Below are positions 12,095 through 23,786 of a stretch of DNA of 59,672 bases, in pieces. The notes beneath the pieces were generated by a model. It was not told the DNA's origin and made no database searches. It worked only from the letters and a program-made list of their open reading frames with translations. The stretch is from Chiloscyllium plagiosum (lineage: Eukaryota), in NCBI RefSeq assembly GCF_004010195.1, contig NC_057720.1, positions 24,302-83,973 of the forward strand. The letters are read 5' to 3'. The translations under genes were made by a program, and so were the position numbers. Numbering within the stretch: position 1 is the first letter of the stretch; every line of letters starts with the position of its first letter.

Positions 12095-12605
12095 CAGGTA
12101 GGAGACAGAGGGTGATGGTAAAGGGTTATTGTTCATAGTGGAGGCCTGTGACCAGCAGTGTGTCACAAGGATCATTGCTGGATTCACTGCTTTTCACTAT
12201 TTATGTAAATGATTTGGATGTGAATATAGGAGGTATAGTTAATAAGTCTGCAGTTGGAGCCTCAGCTTCCTGACCCACAGACCGCAATCTGTGAAGATAG
12301 ACACAGCACCTCCTCCACGATATCCCTCAACACTGGAGCCCCCCAAAGATTCATTCCCAGCCCTCTACTGTACTCCCTATACCTCCACAACACACACAGT
12401 CTCTCACAGACTCAAACCCCTCCCCCACACACATGTGGACTGTCCACATACTGTTTCAAGAAACAATATGTGGACAGTCCAACTAGAGGACGGGCCACAT
12501 TGGATCTTGTCCTGGCTAATGAACCTGGCCAGGTGGTTGACCTTTCAGTGGGAGAGCATTTTGGAAACAGTGACCAACACTCCTTATTTTTTAAGATAGC
12601 TATAA
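12095..12605 (+). mobile_element. Mosaic: CR1 RT fragment, Rex RT fragment (about 12252-12381) and CR1 APE fragment
   Basis: WRPVTS, LNTGAPQ and LDLVLANEPGQV...SDQ motifs. Confidence 0.7.
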
Positions 12606-12617
12606 TAAACATAATCG

Positions 12618-12800
12618 TAGAATCATAGAATCCCTACAGTGTGGAAACAGGTCATTTGGCCCAAAACGTGCACACCGACCCTCTGAAGAGTAACCCACCC
12701 AGACTCATTCCCCAAAACTATTACTCTACATTTACTCTGACTAATGTACCTAACCTACACATCCCTGAACACTAAGTGCAATTTAGCACGGCCAATTCAT
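12618..12800 (-). mobile_element. HE1-like SINE, 3' part
   Basis: Reverse complement of the HE1 3' region (acagtgtggaaacagg...aatttagcacggccaattca). Confidence 0.7.
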
Positions 12801-13165
12801 GCCGTCTACAGGATTCTTAAGGGGGAGGGAGAGTAGCCAGACCTGAAAAGAACATAAATGGAGTTAGATAGGAGGAGCAGAGTAGTAACCTCAGGATTGT
12901 TACCAGTGCCACGGACTAGTGAGGCTAGGAACAGAGAGCGAGTGCAGATGAATATGTGACTGCAGGGCTGGTGTAGGGGGGAGACCTTCAGATATGTGGA
13001 TCTTTGGGATACCTTCTGGGGAAGGTGGGACATGTACAAGGAGGGACACCAATATCCTGAGCGGGAGATTTGCTAGAGCTTTTTGGGAGGGTTTAATCTA
13101 AATTGGCAGAGGGGTTAGAACCAGAGCTGTGGATCAGATGGTGGAGTAGGTAGTGAATAATCAAG

Positions 13166-13921
13166 GATAAAAGGAGAGCCTGAAGCGTGGAGAGATAAGC
13201 TAGAGGAGGGTGGGGGTGGGGAGAGAGTGGCATAGAGTACAATAGGTCAGTGGGGANNNNNNNNNNNNNNNNNNNNNNNNNNNNNNNNNNNNNNNNNNNN
13301 NNNNNNNNNNNNNNNNNNNNNNNNNNNNNNNNNNNNNNNNNNNNNNNNNNNNNNNNNNNNNNNNNNNNNNNNNNNNNNNNNNNNNNNNNNNNNNNNNNNN
13401 NNNNNNNNNNNNNNNNNNNNNNNNNNNNNNNNNNNNNNNNNNNNNNNNNNNNNNNNNNNNNNNNNNNNNNNNNNNNNNNNNNNNNNNNNNNNNNNNNNNN
13501 NNNNNNNNNNNNNNNNNNNNNNNNNNNNNNNNNNNNNNNNNNNNNNNNNNNNNNNNNNNNNNNNNNNNNNNNNNNNNNNNNNNNNNNNNNNNNNNNNNNN
13601 NNNNNNNNNNNNNNNNNNNNNNNGGGGAAAGTGCCAGGATGGGAGGGTGGGTCGTAGGGGGGCGTGGACCTGACCAGGTAGTCACGGAGGGAACGGTCTT
13701 TGCGGAAGGCGGAGAGGGGTGGGGAGGGAAATATATCCCTGGTGGTGGGGTCTGTTTGGAGGTGGCGGAAATGTCGGCGGATGATTTGGTTTACCCTAAC
13801 CCTATCGCTTTTGCCCGAAACGTCGTTTTGCCTGTCCTTGGATGCTGCCTGAATTGCTGTGCTCTTCCAGCACCACTGATCCAGAATCTGGTTTCCAGCA
13901 TCTGCAGTCATTGTTTTTACC
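13166..13921 (-). mobile_element. PLE family A insertion: minus-strand body with an inverted pseudo-LTR (about 13808-13921); contains an assembly gap
   Basis: NQIIRRHFRHLQTDPTTRDIF matches about 8260-8320; 15-bp TSD TAGTGAATAATCAAG at 13151-13165 and 13922-13936. Confidence 0.85.
13257..13623. other. Assembly gap (N run)
   Basis: Run of N. Confidence 1.
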
Positions 13922-14879
13922 TAGTGAATAATCAAGTTACAGTGTGCAGAGAGTCTGTGAGGAGGGATAGGCACTTGACAGGGCAAAGATGCAGTCAGTG
14001 TGAAGAGTTGAAGTATGTCCATTTTAATGCAAGAAATATCAGGAATAAGAGGTGATGAACTTAGAGCATGGAGCAGTTTTTGGAAGTATGATGTTGTGGC
14101 CATTACGGAGTCTTGGATATCACAGGGACAGGAATGGTTGTTGGATGTTTCAGGGTTTGGATGTTTCAAAAGGAATTGGGGGGGAAGGTAAAAGAGGTGG
14201 AGAAGTGGCGTTGCTAATCAGGGATAGTATCACAGCTGCAGAAAGGGAGGTCATCGAGGAGGGTTTGTCTACAAAGTCAGTGTGTGTGGAAGTCAGAAAC
14301 AGGAAAGGAGCAGTCACTATATTAGGAGTTTTCCACAGGCCCCTCAGTAGCAGAGAGACACAGAGAAGCAGATTGGGAGGCAGATTTTGGAAAAGTGCAG
14401 AAGTAACAGGGTTGATGTCATGGGTGACATTAAATTCCCTAATATTGATTGGAACCTACTTAGTTCAAATAGTTTGGATAGAGCAGTTATGGTCAGGTGT
14501 GTCCAGAATGGGTTCCTGACACAATATTTAGATAGGCTGACAAGAGCGGATGCCATATTGAATTTGGTGCTTGAAAATGAACTATGCCAGGTGTTAGATC
14601 TCTCAGTGGAAGAGCATTTTGGTGATAGTGATCACAACACCCTGACCATTACTACATTCATGGAGAGGGATAGGACCAGGCAGCATGGAAAAGTATTGAA
14701 TTGGGGCAGGAACTGGGGTGCATGGATTGGGAACCGATGTTCTCAGGGAAAAGCACAAAAGAAATGTGGAGGTTGTTTAGGAAGCACATGCTGACAGTGG
14801 TGGGCACGTTTGTCCCACTGAGGAAATGTAGGTTGAAAGAACCTTGGGTGACATTGGGATGTGGAACATCTGGTCAAGA

Positions 14880-15280
14880 GGAACATAGAACATGGAACAA
14901 TACAGTACAGAACGATGTTGCGTCAATCTGTGAACTAATCTAAACTCATTACACCACACCATCCCATCATCATTGACAGGCTTATCCAAGGACTGTTTAA
15001 ATCTCCCTAATGTGGCTGAATTAACTACATTGTCAGGCAGGGCATGCCACGCCCTTACCACTCTCTGCGTAAAGAACCTGCCTCTGACATCTGTCTTAAA
15101 TCTATCACCCCTCAATTTGTAGTTATGCCCTCTCGTACACACTGACGTCATCATCCGAGGAAAATATGACTCTCATTGTCTACCCTATCTAATCCTGTGA
15201 TCATTTTGTATGTCTCTATTAAATACCCTCTTAGCCTTCTTCTCTCCAATGAGAACAGACCCAAGTCCCTCAACCTTTCC
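14880..15280 (-). mobile_element. CR1 3' end
   Basis: TRGHNYKL...RFFTQRVVRAW motif and gaacatagaac tail. Confidence 0.85.
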
Positions 15281-15424
15281 TGATTGGCCAAATTTGAATT
15301 TGTTTTTGTCTCATAGCAACTCAGCCAGTGCTCGCTGCTGGACCAAATGTTACATATGTAAATTCTCCAGCACCCTGTGTGCTTTCTAAGTCCTTCACTC
15401 TCTTAAAGGTACAGTACGCCTCAT

Positions 15425-16892
15425 AACAAGTGGATGTGGTTCATATCGATTTCAGCAAGGCGTTTGATAAGGTTCCCATAGTAAGCTAATTCAAAAAGTA
15501 AGGAGGTATGAGATACAGGGAAATCTGGCTGTCTGGATACAGAATTGGCTGGCCCATTGAAGACAGAGGATAGTAGTAGATGGAAGGTATTCAGCCTGGA
15601 GCTTGGTGACCGGTGGTTTTCCGCAGGGATCTGTTCTGGGACCTCTGCTCTTTGTGATTTTTATAAATTACTTGGATGAGGAAGTGGAAGGGTGGGTTAG
15701 TAAGCTTGTTGATGACACTAAGGTTGGTGGAGTTGTGGATAGTATGGAGGGCTGTTGTAGGTTGCAGCGGGACATTGACTGGATGCAGAACTGGGCTGAT
15801 AAGTGGCAGATGAAATTCAACCTAGAAAAGTGCGAAGTAATTCATTTTGGAAGGTCACATTTGAATGCAGAACATAGGGTTAAAGGCAGGATTCTTGGCA
15901 TTGTGGAGGAACAGAGGGATCTTGGGGTCCAAGTTGCTACTCAGCTTGGCAGCACGGTGGCTCAGTGTTTAGCACTGCTGCCTCACAGCGCCAGGGAACC
16001 AGGTTTGATTCCAGCCTCAGGTGACTGTTTGTGTGGAATTTGCACATTCTCCCCGTGTCTGCATGGGTTTCCTCCCACAGTCCAAAGATGTGAATTGGCC
16101 ACGCTAAACTTCCCATAGTGTAAGGTGCATTAGTCAGATGGAAATGGGTCTGGGTGGGTTATTCTTCGAAGGGTCGGTGTGGACTTGTTGGGCTGAAGGG
16201 CCTGTTTCCACACTGTACAGAATCGAATCTAATCAAGCAGATAGGGTTGTTAAGAAGGTATATGGTGTGTTGGCTTTCATTAGCTGGGAGATTGACTTTA
16301 AGAGATGTGAGGTTATGCTGCAGTTCTAAGGAGTCCTGCTTAGACCACACTTGGAGTATTATATTCAGTTCTGGTTGCCTCATTACAGAAAAGATGTGCA
16401 AGCTTTAAAGAGAGTGCAGAGGAGATTTACCAGATGCTGCTTGGACTGGAGGGTATGTCTTAAAGGTTGAGGGAGCTAGTGCTTTTCTCATTGGAGCGAA
16501 GAAGGATGAGAGGTGACTTGATAGAGGTGTTCAAGATGATGCGAGGCATAGATAGAGCGGATAGCCAAAGACTTTCCTAGGACAGAAATGGCTATCATGA
16601 GGGGTCATAATTTTAAGGTGATTGGTGGAAGATTTAGGGGAGATGTTAGAGGGAGGTTCTTTACACAGAGAGTGGTGGGTGTGTGGAATGCACTGCCAGC
16701 AGGGATAGTAGCGCCAGATACATTAGGGACATTTAAACAACTCTTGGATAGGCACATGGATGATAGTAAAAATGAAGAGTATGAAGATTACTCAGATCTT
16801 AGTGTAGGATAGAAGGCCAGTACAACATGAAGGGCCAAAGAGCCTGTACTGTGCTGTACTGTTGTATGCTCTAAATTCTATGTTGTATGTTC
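15425..16892 (+). mobile_element. CR1 LINE, RT to 3' end, with an HE1 insertion
   Basis: PQGSVLGPLLF, VDDTK, KCEVIHFG and RFFTQRVVGVWNALP motifs. Confidence 0.9.
15948..16232 (+). mobile_element. HE1-like SINE
   Basis: tRNA-like head, V-domain-like core and aatctaatc tail, inserted into CR1 RT. Confidence 0.85.
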
Positions 16893-17021
16893 TCATTCAC
16901 CTAAGTCAGGACCTTGTGGGAAGGTACTAAATTAGGGGAAGGCAAATTATGTCAGTATTAGGTAGGAACTAAGGAGTGGGAGAAGCTGTTATTGCGTAAG
17001 TCCACATTTGACATGTGGGAC

Positions 17022-17125
17022 ACAAAAACATAAATTGCTGGAAAAACTCAGCAGGTCTGGCAGCATCTATGAAGACAAATCAAAGTTAATGTTTCTAGTC
17101 TGATGACCCTTCCTCAAAACAGTTC
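17022..17125 (-). mobile_element. Short hammerhead-bearing element, family D (probable PLE pseudo-LTR fragment)
   Basis: gctggaaaaactcagcaggtctggcagcatct followed by the reverse complement of a degenerate TTGAGGA-AGGGTC...GACTA-GAAA-CATT motif. Confidence 0.55.
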
Positions 17126-18117
17126 GTTTGGTTTCACATGTGGGAGCTTTTTAAAGACCTACTGATCAGTGTTCATAAGAGGAATCTTCCAGGAAGGAGG
17201 AAGGAGGAAGGACAAAGATGGCAAGATAATGGAACGTTGGATAACAAAGGAGATTGTGAATTTGGTTGAAAGGAAAAAAGAAATATATACAAGATTTATG
17301 GTTTGGAGACACCGGTGTTGGACTGGGGTGTACAAAGTTAAAACTCACACACCAGGTTATAGTCCAGTAGGTTTATTTGGAAGCACTAGCCTTCGGAGCA
17401 CTGCTCCTTTATCAGGTGGTTGTGGAGAACAAGATTGTAAGACACAGAATTTATAGCAAAAGTTTACAGTGTGATGTAACTGAAATTATTTATTGAAAAA
17501 GACCTGGATTGTTTGTTAAGTCTCTCATTTTTTAGAATGACCTGTTGGTTTCAGCTCTTTCATATGTAAATCGCAAAATCTTTTTTAAAAATTACATTCT
17601 CAAGTGCACTTTAACAATTGATGTCATGTTGGCCCAGAGAAGGTTTTGAAGGTGTTAACTCCCTGTGAGGCTAACTGTACCAAAATGGTCAGATTGACTC
17701 TAATATAAAAAACTGATTTACAGAATCTTACAAGGATTCATGCAGTTTTTGAGCAAAGTAAAATGTAATTCTGCAAGTACAAATTCACCCCACAAACTTA
17801 TATGAGTATGTGTATGTATGGAGGGGGACGGTAGGGGTGGTGGTTATGAGTGTCTGTGAAAGGGTGTGTGTACGTGTGTGTGTGAGTGTAAAGGGGTTTA
17901 AGTCTGTGAGAGGGTGTGTGTATGAGAGTGTACGTCTGAGTGTATGAGAGAGGGTCTGAGTGTGTGTGTTTGTGTGTGTCTGTGTCTGTCTGTCTGTCTG
18001 TGTGTATAATGCAATGGGGTCACCTGTAGTGTGACATGAACCCAAGGTCCCTGTTGAGACCATCCGCATAGGTACCGAACTTGCCTATCAGCCTCTGCTT
18101 GGCCACTTTATGTTGTT

Positions 18118-18331
18118 AGGTAAAAACAATGACTGCAGATGCTGGAAACCAGATTCTGGATTAGTGGTGCTGGAAAAGCACAGCAGTTCAGGCAGCATCC
18201 GAAGAGCAGTAAAATCGACGTTTTGGGCAAAAGCCCTTCAGCAGGAATAAAGGCAGTGAGCCTGAAGTGTGGAGAGATAAGCTAGAGGAGGGTGGGGGTG
18301 GGGATAGAGTAGCATAGAGTACAATGGGTGA
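18118..18331 (-). mobile_element. PLE family A solo pseudo-LTR nested in PLE family C
   Basis: Starts at the recurrent end aggtaaaaacaatgactgcag; GTTGTT on both flanks; degenerate hammerhead at 18217-18244. Confidence 0.85.
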
Positions 18332-18634
18332 GTTGTTGCCTAGTCCGAAGGTCCGAGGTCAAATGTCCGGACCGCTGAAGTGTTCCCCGACTGAGAGGGA
18401 AAACTCCTGTTTGTTGATTATTGTGTGGTGTCCATTCATCCATTGCCATAGCTTCTGTTTGGTCTTGCCAATGTAAAATGCCTCAGATCATCCTTGCCTG
18501 CAGTGTATGAGATAGATAACATTGGCTGAGTCACATGAGTTGCTGCCACATACATGGTGGGAGGTGTCCCCACGTGTAATGGTGGTATCCGTGTTGACAT
18601 TCTGACACATCTTGCAGCATCTACCATGACAGTA

Positions 18635-18702
18635 GCACACTCACACACACACACACACACACTCACACACACACACACACACAGACAGACACACACACAC
18701 AC
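18635..18702. repeat. (CA)n microsatellite
   Basis: Direct reading. Confidence 0.9.
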
Positions 18703-19429
18703 GAACTTGTGCTTGGAAGCAAAGGATCTGAGTGAGATCCTAAATGAATACTTTGCATCAGTTTCACCCAGGAGAAGGGTATGGAGGAGAGTGAGATTTT
18801 AGTATGCAGCATGTCAATATGCTGGAGCACTTTGAGATCAAGAAAGAAGTGGTGTTACTTCTCTTGAAATGCATTAAGGTTGATAGGTCTCCAGGGCCCA
18901 AAGGTATCTACTCCAGGTTACTGAGAGTGGCAAGATTGCTGGTGCCTTGACCAAGATGTTTATATCCTCAATAGCCACTGGAGAGGTCCCAGAGGAATGG
19001 TGGATAGCTAATGTTGTTTCGGTGTTCAAGAAGGGAAATAGGGATAATCCAGGAGAGAATTCTTAGAGATAAGAGTTACACATATCTGGAAAAACATGGT
19101 CGAATTAGGGAAAGTCAGCATGGCTTTGTGCAGGACAGGTCATGTTTTAATAACTTGTTTGAATTTTTCAAGGATGTGATGAAGGTAATTGATGAAGGTT
19201 GAGCCGTAGATGATGTTTACATGGATTTTAGTAAGGCTTTCAACAAGGTCCCCCATGGTAGGCTTATCGAGAAGGTTTAGATTCATGGGATCTACGGTGA
19301 CTTAGCCGTGTGGATTCAGTATTAGCTTGATCATAAAAAACAGTGGTTAGGTTTGGAAGGTTGTTTTTCTGGTTGGAGGTCCATGACTAATGGTGTTCTG
19401 TAGAGATCCATACTGGGACCTCTGCATTT

Positions 19430-20078
19430 AGAGAGGTTAAACAGCAAAAGGGAATACACAATAAACTGGAATATACTGAGAGAAGCAGATAAAGTGAGAG
19501 ATCTTGGTGTGCAAGTGCTCGGGTCCCTAAAGGTAACAGTACATGTAGATAAAGCTGTAATGAGGCATGTAGAATGCTCCTTTTCATTGACAGAGGGATA
19601 GAATACAAAAGTAGGGATATAATGATGAAATGGAACAAGAGACTAGTAAGGCCAGAGTTGGAGTATTGGAGTATTCTGATCGCCACATTACAGGAAGGAT
19701 ACAATCGTTCTGGAGAGAGAGAGAGACAGACAGAGAGAGAGAGAGAGACAGAGACAGAGAGATGAGAGAGAGACAGAGAGAGAGAAATAGTGGGAGTCAT
19801 TGATTCAAATGAAGTGGCAGAAGGATCAGAGGGACATGAGGAACACCCTTTTTCACAGAGGGTGGTGGGTGGCTGGAATTCACTGCCTAAGTTGGTGATC
19901 GAGGCAGAGACCAGAAACACTTTTTAAAATTTGCACCGTCAGTGCTGTAAGCTGCAGGGCTATGGGCCGTGTGCAGGAAGATGGGATTAGAAAGGGCATC
20001 TGGGTGTCTTTGGGAAGGCATGGACAAGAGGAGCCGAATGGCCACCTTCAGTGAGTATCATTTCCATTGGTCTATGAT
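19430..20078 (+). mobile_element. CR1-group LINE 3' part containing a (GA)n microsatellite at about 19712-19785
   Basis: GIEYKSRDIM...LVRPELEY and FSQRVVGGWNSLP motifs. Confidence 0.75.
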
Positions 20079-20611
20079 CCTGTGGTCAAATAAGTGAAAA
20101 AGTTTGCTTTGTGAAAACCTAGACCAGGAGTATTTGGTTAGAAAGTGGCAGATTATTCAAAACTGAGAAGATCTAAGCTTTCAGCTATGTGAATAATTAT
20201 GGAAAAAGCCAATACGACCAGAATCGAGAAAGAACAGTCGAATCAAACTGGGCAGGGAAGGAACATTTCTCTAGATTTTGAGTTAGTGTACGGTGATGAT
20301 ACTGGGAAGGAGATGGGATTTTGTTTTCACATGTATTCTGAAAGTGTTTAAACTGTATTATATTGACAGAGCTTCATGTAACTTCTTTTATTTTTATTTC
20401 TTTTATGTGGTGAACTTCTGTTTTCATGTTAAAATCAAATCTGCAGCCTTCTGGATTTTTGTTTCAATGAAAGATCATCACTTTACATTAAAAAAAACTA
20501 AAAATGATCAATCAAGCCAGATTTCAATCCAGGGTCTGAGTTATCCAGTATTAACATCACCAACAAACCAGTAAAGAAACCCCCTTCATCATTTTGAACA
20601 TTTTGTTTTTT

Positions 20612-20920
20612 GGGGCAGCATGGTGACTCAGTGGTTAGCACTGCTACCTCACAGCACCAGGTTCAATTCCAGCCTCGGGCGACTGTCTGTGTGGAGTTTG
20701 CACGTTCTCCCCGTGTCTGCGTGGGTTTCCTCCGGGTGCTCCGATTTCTTCCCACAATCCAAAGATGTGCAGGTCAGGTGAATTGGCCATGCTAAATTGC
20801 CCGTAGTGTTCAGCGCATCAGTCAGAGGGAAATGGATCTGGGTGGGTTACTCTTCAGAGGGTCAGTGTGGACTTGTTGGGTCAAAGGGTCTATTTCCATA
20901 CTGAAGGGAATCTAATTTAA
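20612..20920 (+). mobile_element. HE1-like SINE
   Basis: A and B boxes, V-domain-like core, aatctaatttaatct tail. Confidence 0.88.
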
Positions 20921-20921
20921 T

Positions 20922-21125
20922 CTCAACACCTCTATTAAATCCCCTGGAACCTTCTCTACTCTAACGAAAACAATCCCAGCTTCTCCAGTCTCTCCACATT
21001 CACTGAAGTCCCTCAGCCCTGCTCCCATTCCAGTCAATTTCCTTAGCTCCCTTTCCAAGACACTGCCATCCTTCTGAAAGAGTGGGCAGAGAATTGGACA
21101 CAATCCTCCCACTGGGGTCTCACCC
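20922..21125 (-). mobile_element. CR1-group LINE fragment
   Basis: Similar to 50800-50990; ends GDLIEV on the minus strand. Confidence 0.6.
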
Positions 21126-22125
21126 ATGATAAAGAACAAAATGTGACAGATGCTGTAATTTGGAAGTAAAAACAGAAACAAAATTGAAAATCCTTAGAAG
21201 TTGGGGACCTATTTATTCACTCATGGGATGCGAGTGTTGCTGGCTGGCTAGCATTTATTGCCTGACCTTTGAGAAGGTGATGCCACATGAAGAGTTATAC
21301 TCCATGAGATGAGATAAACAAAGCTAATGTTTTGGGATAGCGGACTTTCAACAGAACCTATCAATAATTTAGAAAGAATCAAACAGAAGTGCTGCAGAAA
21401 CTCAGCAGGTCTGGCAGCATCTGTGGAGTGAGAATCAAAGTTAATAGGCACCAATGACATAGGTAGGAGAAAGAATGGGGATTTAAGGCAGAAATTCAGG
21501 GAGCTAGGGTGGAAGCTTAGAGCTAGAACAAACAGAGTTGTTTTCCCTGGTTTGTTGCCTGTGCCACGTGCTAGTGAGGTGAGGAATAGGGACAGGGAGG
21601 AGTTGAACACGTGGCTCCAGGGATGGTGCAGGAGGGAGGGTATTAGATTCCTGGATAATTGGGGCTCTCTCTGGGTTTAGGTGGGACCTCTACAAACAGG
21701 ATGGTCTACACCTGAACTAGAGACGTACCATTATCCTGGGGGGGGGGGGTGTGTGTGTGTGGGGGGGTGATGGAGTTTGCTAATGCACTTCGGGAGGGTT
21801 TAAACTAATTCAGCAGGGGGATGGGAAATGAAATTGTAGTTTGAATATATGGGAGGATGAGAGTAGTGAAGTCAGATCTAAGATTTCAAGATTGCAAGAA
21901 GGCACCGGTGGTGAAGACGTTGGTTTGAAGTGTGTCTACTTCAGCACCAGGTGCATCCAGGTTAGTACCTGGGATTTCAATGTTGTGGCCATTTCAAAGA
22001 CATGAGTAGAGCATGGACAGGAATGGTTGTTGCAGGTTCTGGGGTTTAGATGTTTCAGTAAGAACAGAAAAGATGGTAAAAGAGGGGAGGTGTGGCATTG
22101 TTAGGCAAGGACAGTATTACGGTGG

Positions 22126-22254
22126 TAAAAACAATGACTGCAGATGCTGAAAACCAGAGTCTAGATTAGAGTGGTGCTGGAAAAGCACAGCAGTTCAGGC
22201 AGCATCCGAGGAGCAGGAAAATCGACGTTTCGGGCAAAAGCCCTTCATCAAGAA
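22126..22254 (-). mobile_element. 129-bp PLE family A pseudo-LTR insertion with hammerhead
   Basis: 11-bp TSD TATTACGGTGG/TACTACGGTGG at 22115-22125 and 22255-22265; hammerhead at 22224-22251. Confidence 0.85.
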
Positions 22255-23786
22255 TACTACGGTGGCAGAAAGGACATTTGCGAACTTGGCTTCTGAGGTA
22301 GTACGGGCTGAGGTTAGAAACAGGAAAGGACAGATCACCCTGTTGGGAGTTTTCTAACAGCCTCTGAATAGTTCCAGGAATATAAAGGATCCGGTAGCAA
22401 AGATGATTCTCGATAGGAGCGAAAGTGATAGGGTAGTTGCTGTGGGGGCCTTTAACTTTCCAATTATTGACTGGGAATACTATATATAGTTCAAGTACTT
22501 TAGATGGGTAAGTCTTTGTCCAATGTGTGCAGGAGGGTTGTCTGACACAGTATGTAGATTTGGAGGTAGGTGAGCACTTTGGTGATAGTGGCTATAATTC
22601 AGTTATGTTTACTTTAGCAATGGAAACGGATAGGTATATACCACAGAGCCACATTTATAGCTGGGGGAAAGGCAATTATGATGCAATTAGGCAAGATTTG
22701 GGATGATAGGATGAGGAAGGAAACTGCAGGGGATGGGCACAATTGAAGTGTGGAACTTGTTCAAGGAACAGCTACTGTGTGTCCTTGATAAATATGTACC
22801 GGTCAGGCAGGGAAGAAGTGGTCGAGGACGGGAACCGTGGTTTACTAAAGAAGTTGAAGCTCTTGTCAAGAGGAAGAAGAAGGTTTATGTAATAATGAGA
22901 TGTGATGGCTCAGTTAGGGCACTTGAGAATTATACGTTAACCAGGAAAGACCTAAAAAGAGCATTAAGAAGAGCAGGAGGGGACATGAGCGGATAGGATC
23001 AAGGAAAACCCTAAGATCCTCTATCATTATATCAGGAATGAAAGAATGATTGAGTAAGATTAAGGCCAATCAAGCATAGTAGTAGGAAGTCATGAATGGT
23101 ATCAGAGGAGATAGGGGAAGTGCCAAATGAATACTTTTTGTCAGTATTCACACTAAAAAGACAATGTGGTTGAGAGCAAGACTGAGATACAGGCTACTAG
23201 ACTAGATAGGATTGAGATGCATAGGAGGAAGTGTTAGCAATTCTGGAAAGTGTCAAAATAGATATGTACCCTGGGCTGGATGGGATTTATTTTAGAAATT
23301 CTGGGAAGCCAAGGTGGAGATTGCAGAGCCTTTGGCTTTGATCCTTTGTCATCATTGTCTACAGGAATAGTGCCAGAAGACTGGAGGATAGCAAATATTG
23401 TTCCCTTGTTCAAGAAGGGGAGTAGAGACAACCCTGGTAATTATACATCAGTGAGCCTTACTTCGGTTGTGGGTGAAGTGTTAAAAAGGGTGATAAGAGA
23501 TAGGATTTATAATAATCTAGAAAGGAATAAGTTGATTAGGGATAGTCAACATGGTCTTGTGAAGGTTAGGTCATGCCACACAAACCTTGTTGAGTTCTTT
23601 GAGAAGGTGAGCAAACAGGTGGATGAGGGTAAAGCAGTTGATGTGGTGTATATGGATTTCAGTAAGGTGTTTGATAAGGTTCCCCATGGTAAGCTATTGC
23701 ACAAAATACAGAGGCATGGGATTGAGGATGATTTAATGGTTTGAATCAGAAATTGGCTAGCTGAAAGAAGAAAGAGGGTGGTGGTT

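Larger units (their letters stand above)
12806..14880 (+). mobile_element. CR1 LINE, ORF1 end and ORF2 APE domain, interrupted by a PLE
   Basis: SGNH ORF1 remnant; NARNIRNK, RGGEVALL, MGDIKFPNIDW and HFGDSDHN motifs. Confidence 0.85.
17310..18702 (-). mobile_element. PLE family C: GIY-YIG C-terminus and (CA)n-rich 3' UTR
   Basis: Minus strand reads SANVIYLIHC...FYIG and ends GLNRDLGFMSHYR; degenerate hammerhead at 17387-17415. Confidence 0.8.
16900..19430 (+). mobile_element. CR1 ORF2 fragment split by PLE insertions
   Basis: WITKEIVNLV upstream of the PLE; LNEYFASV and SQHGFVQDRSC downstream of it. Confidence 0.75.
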
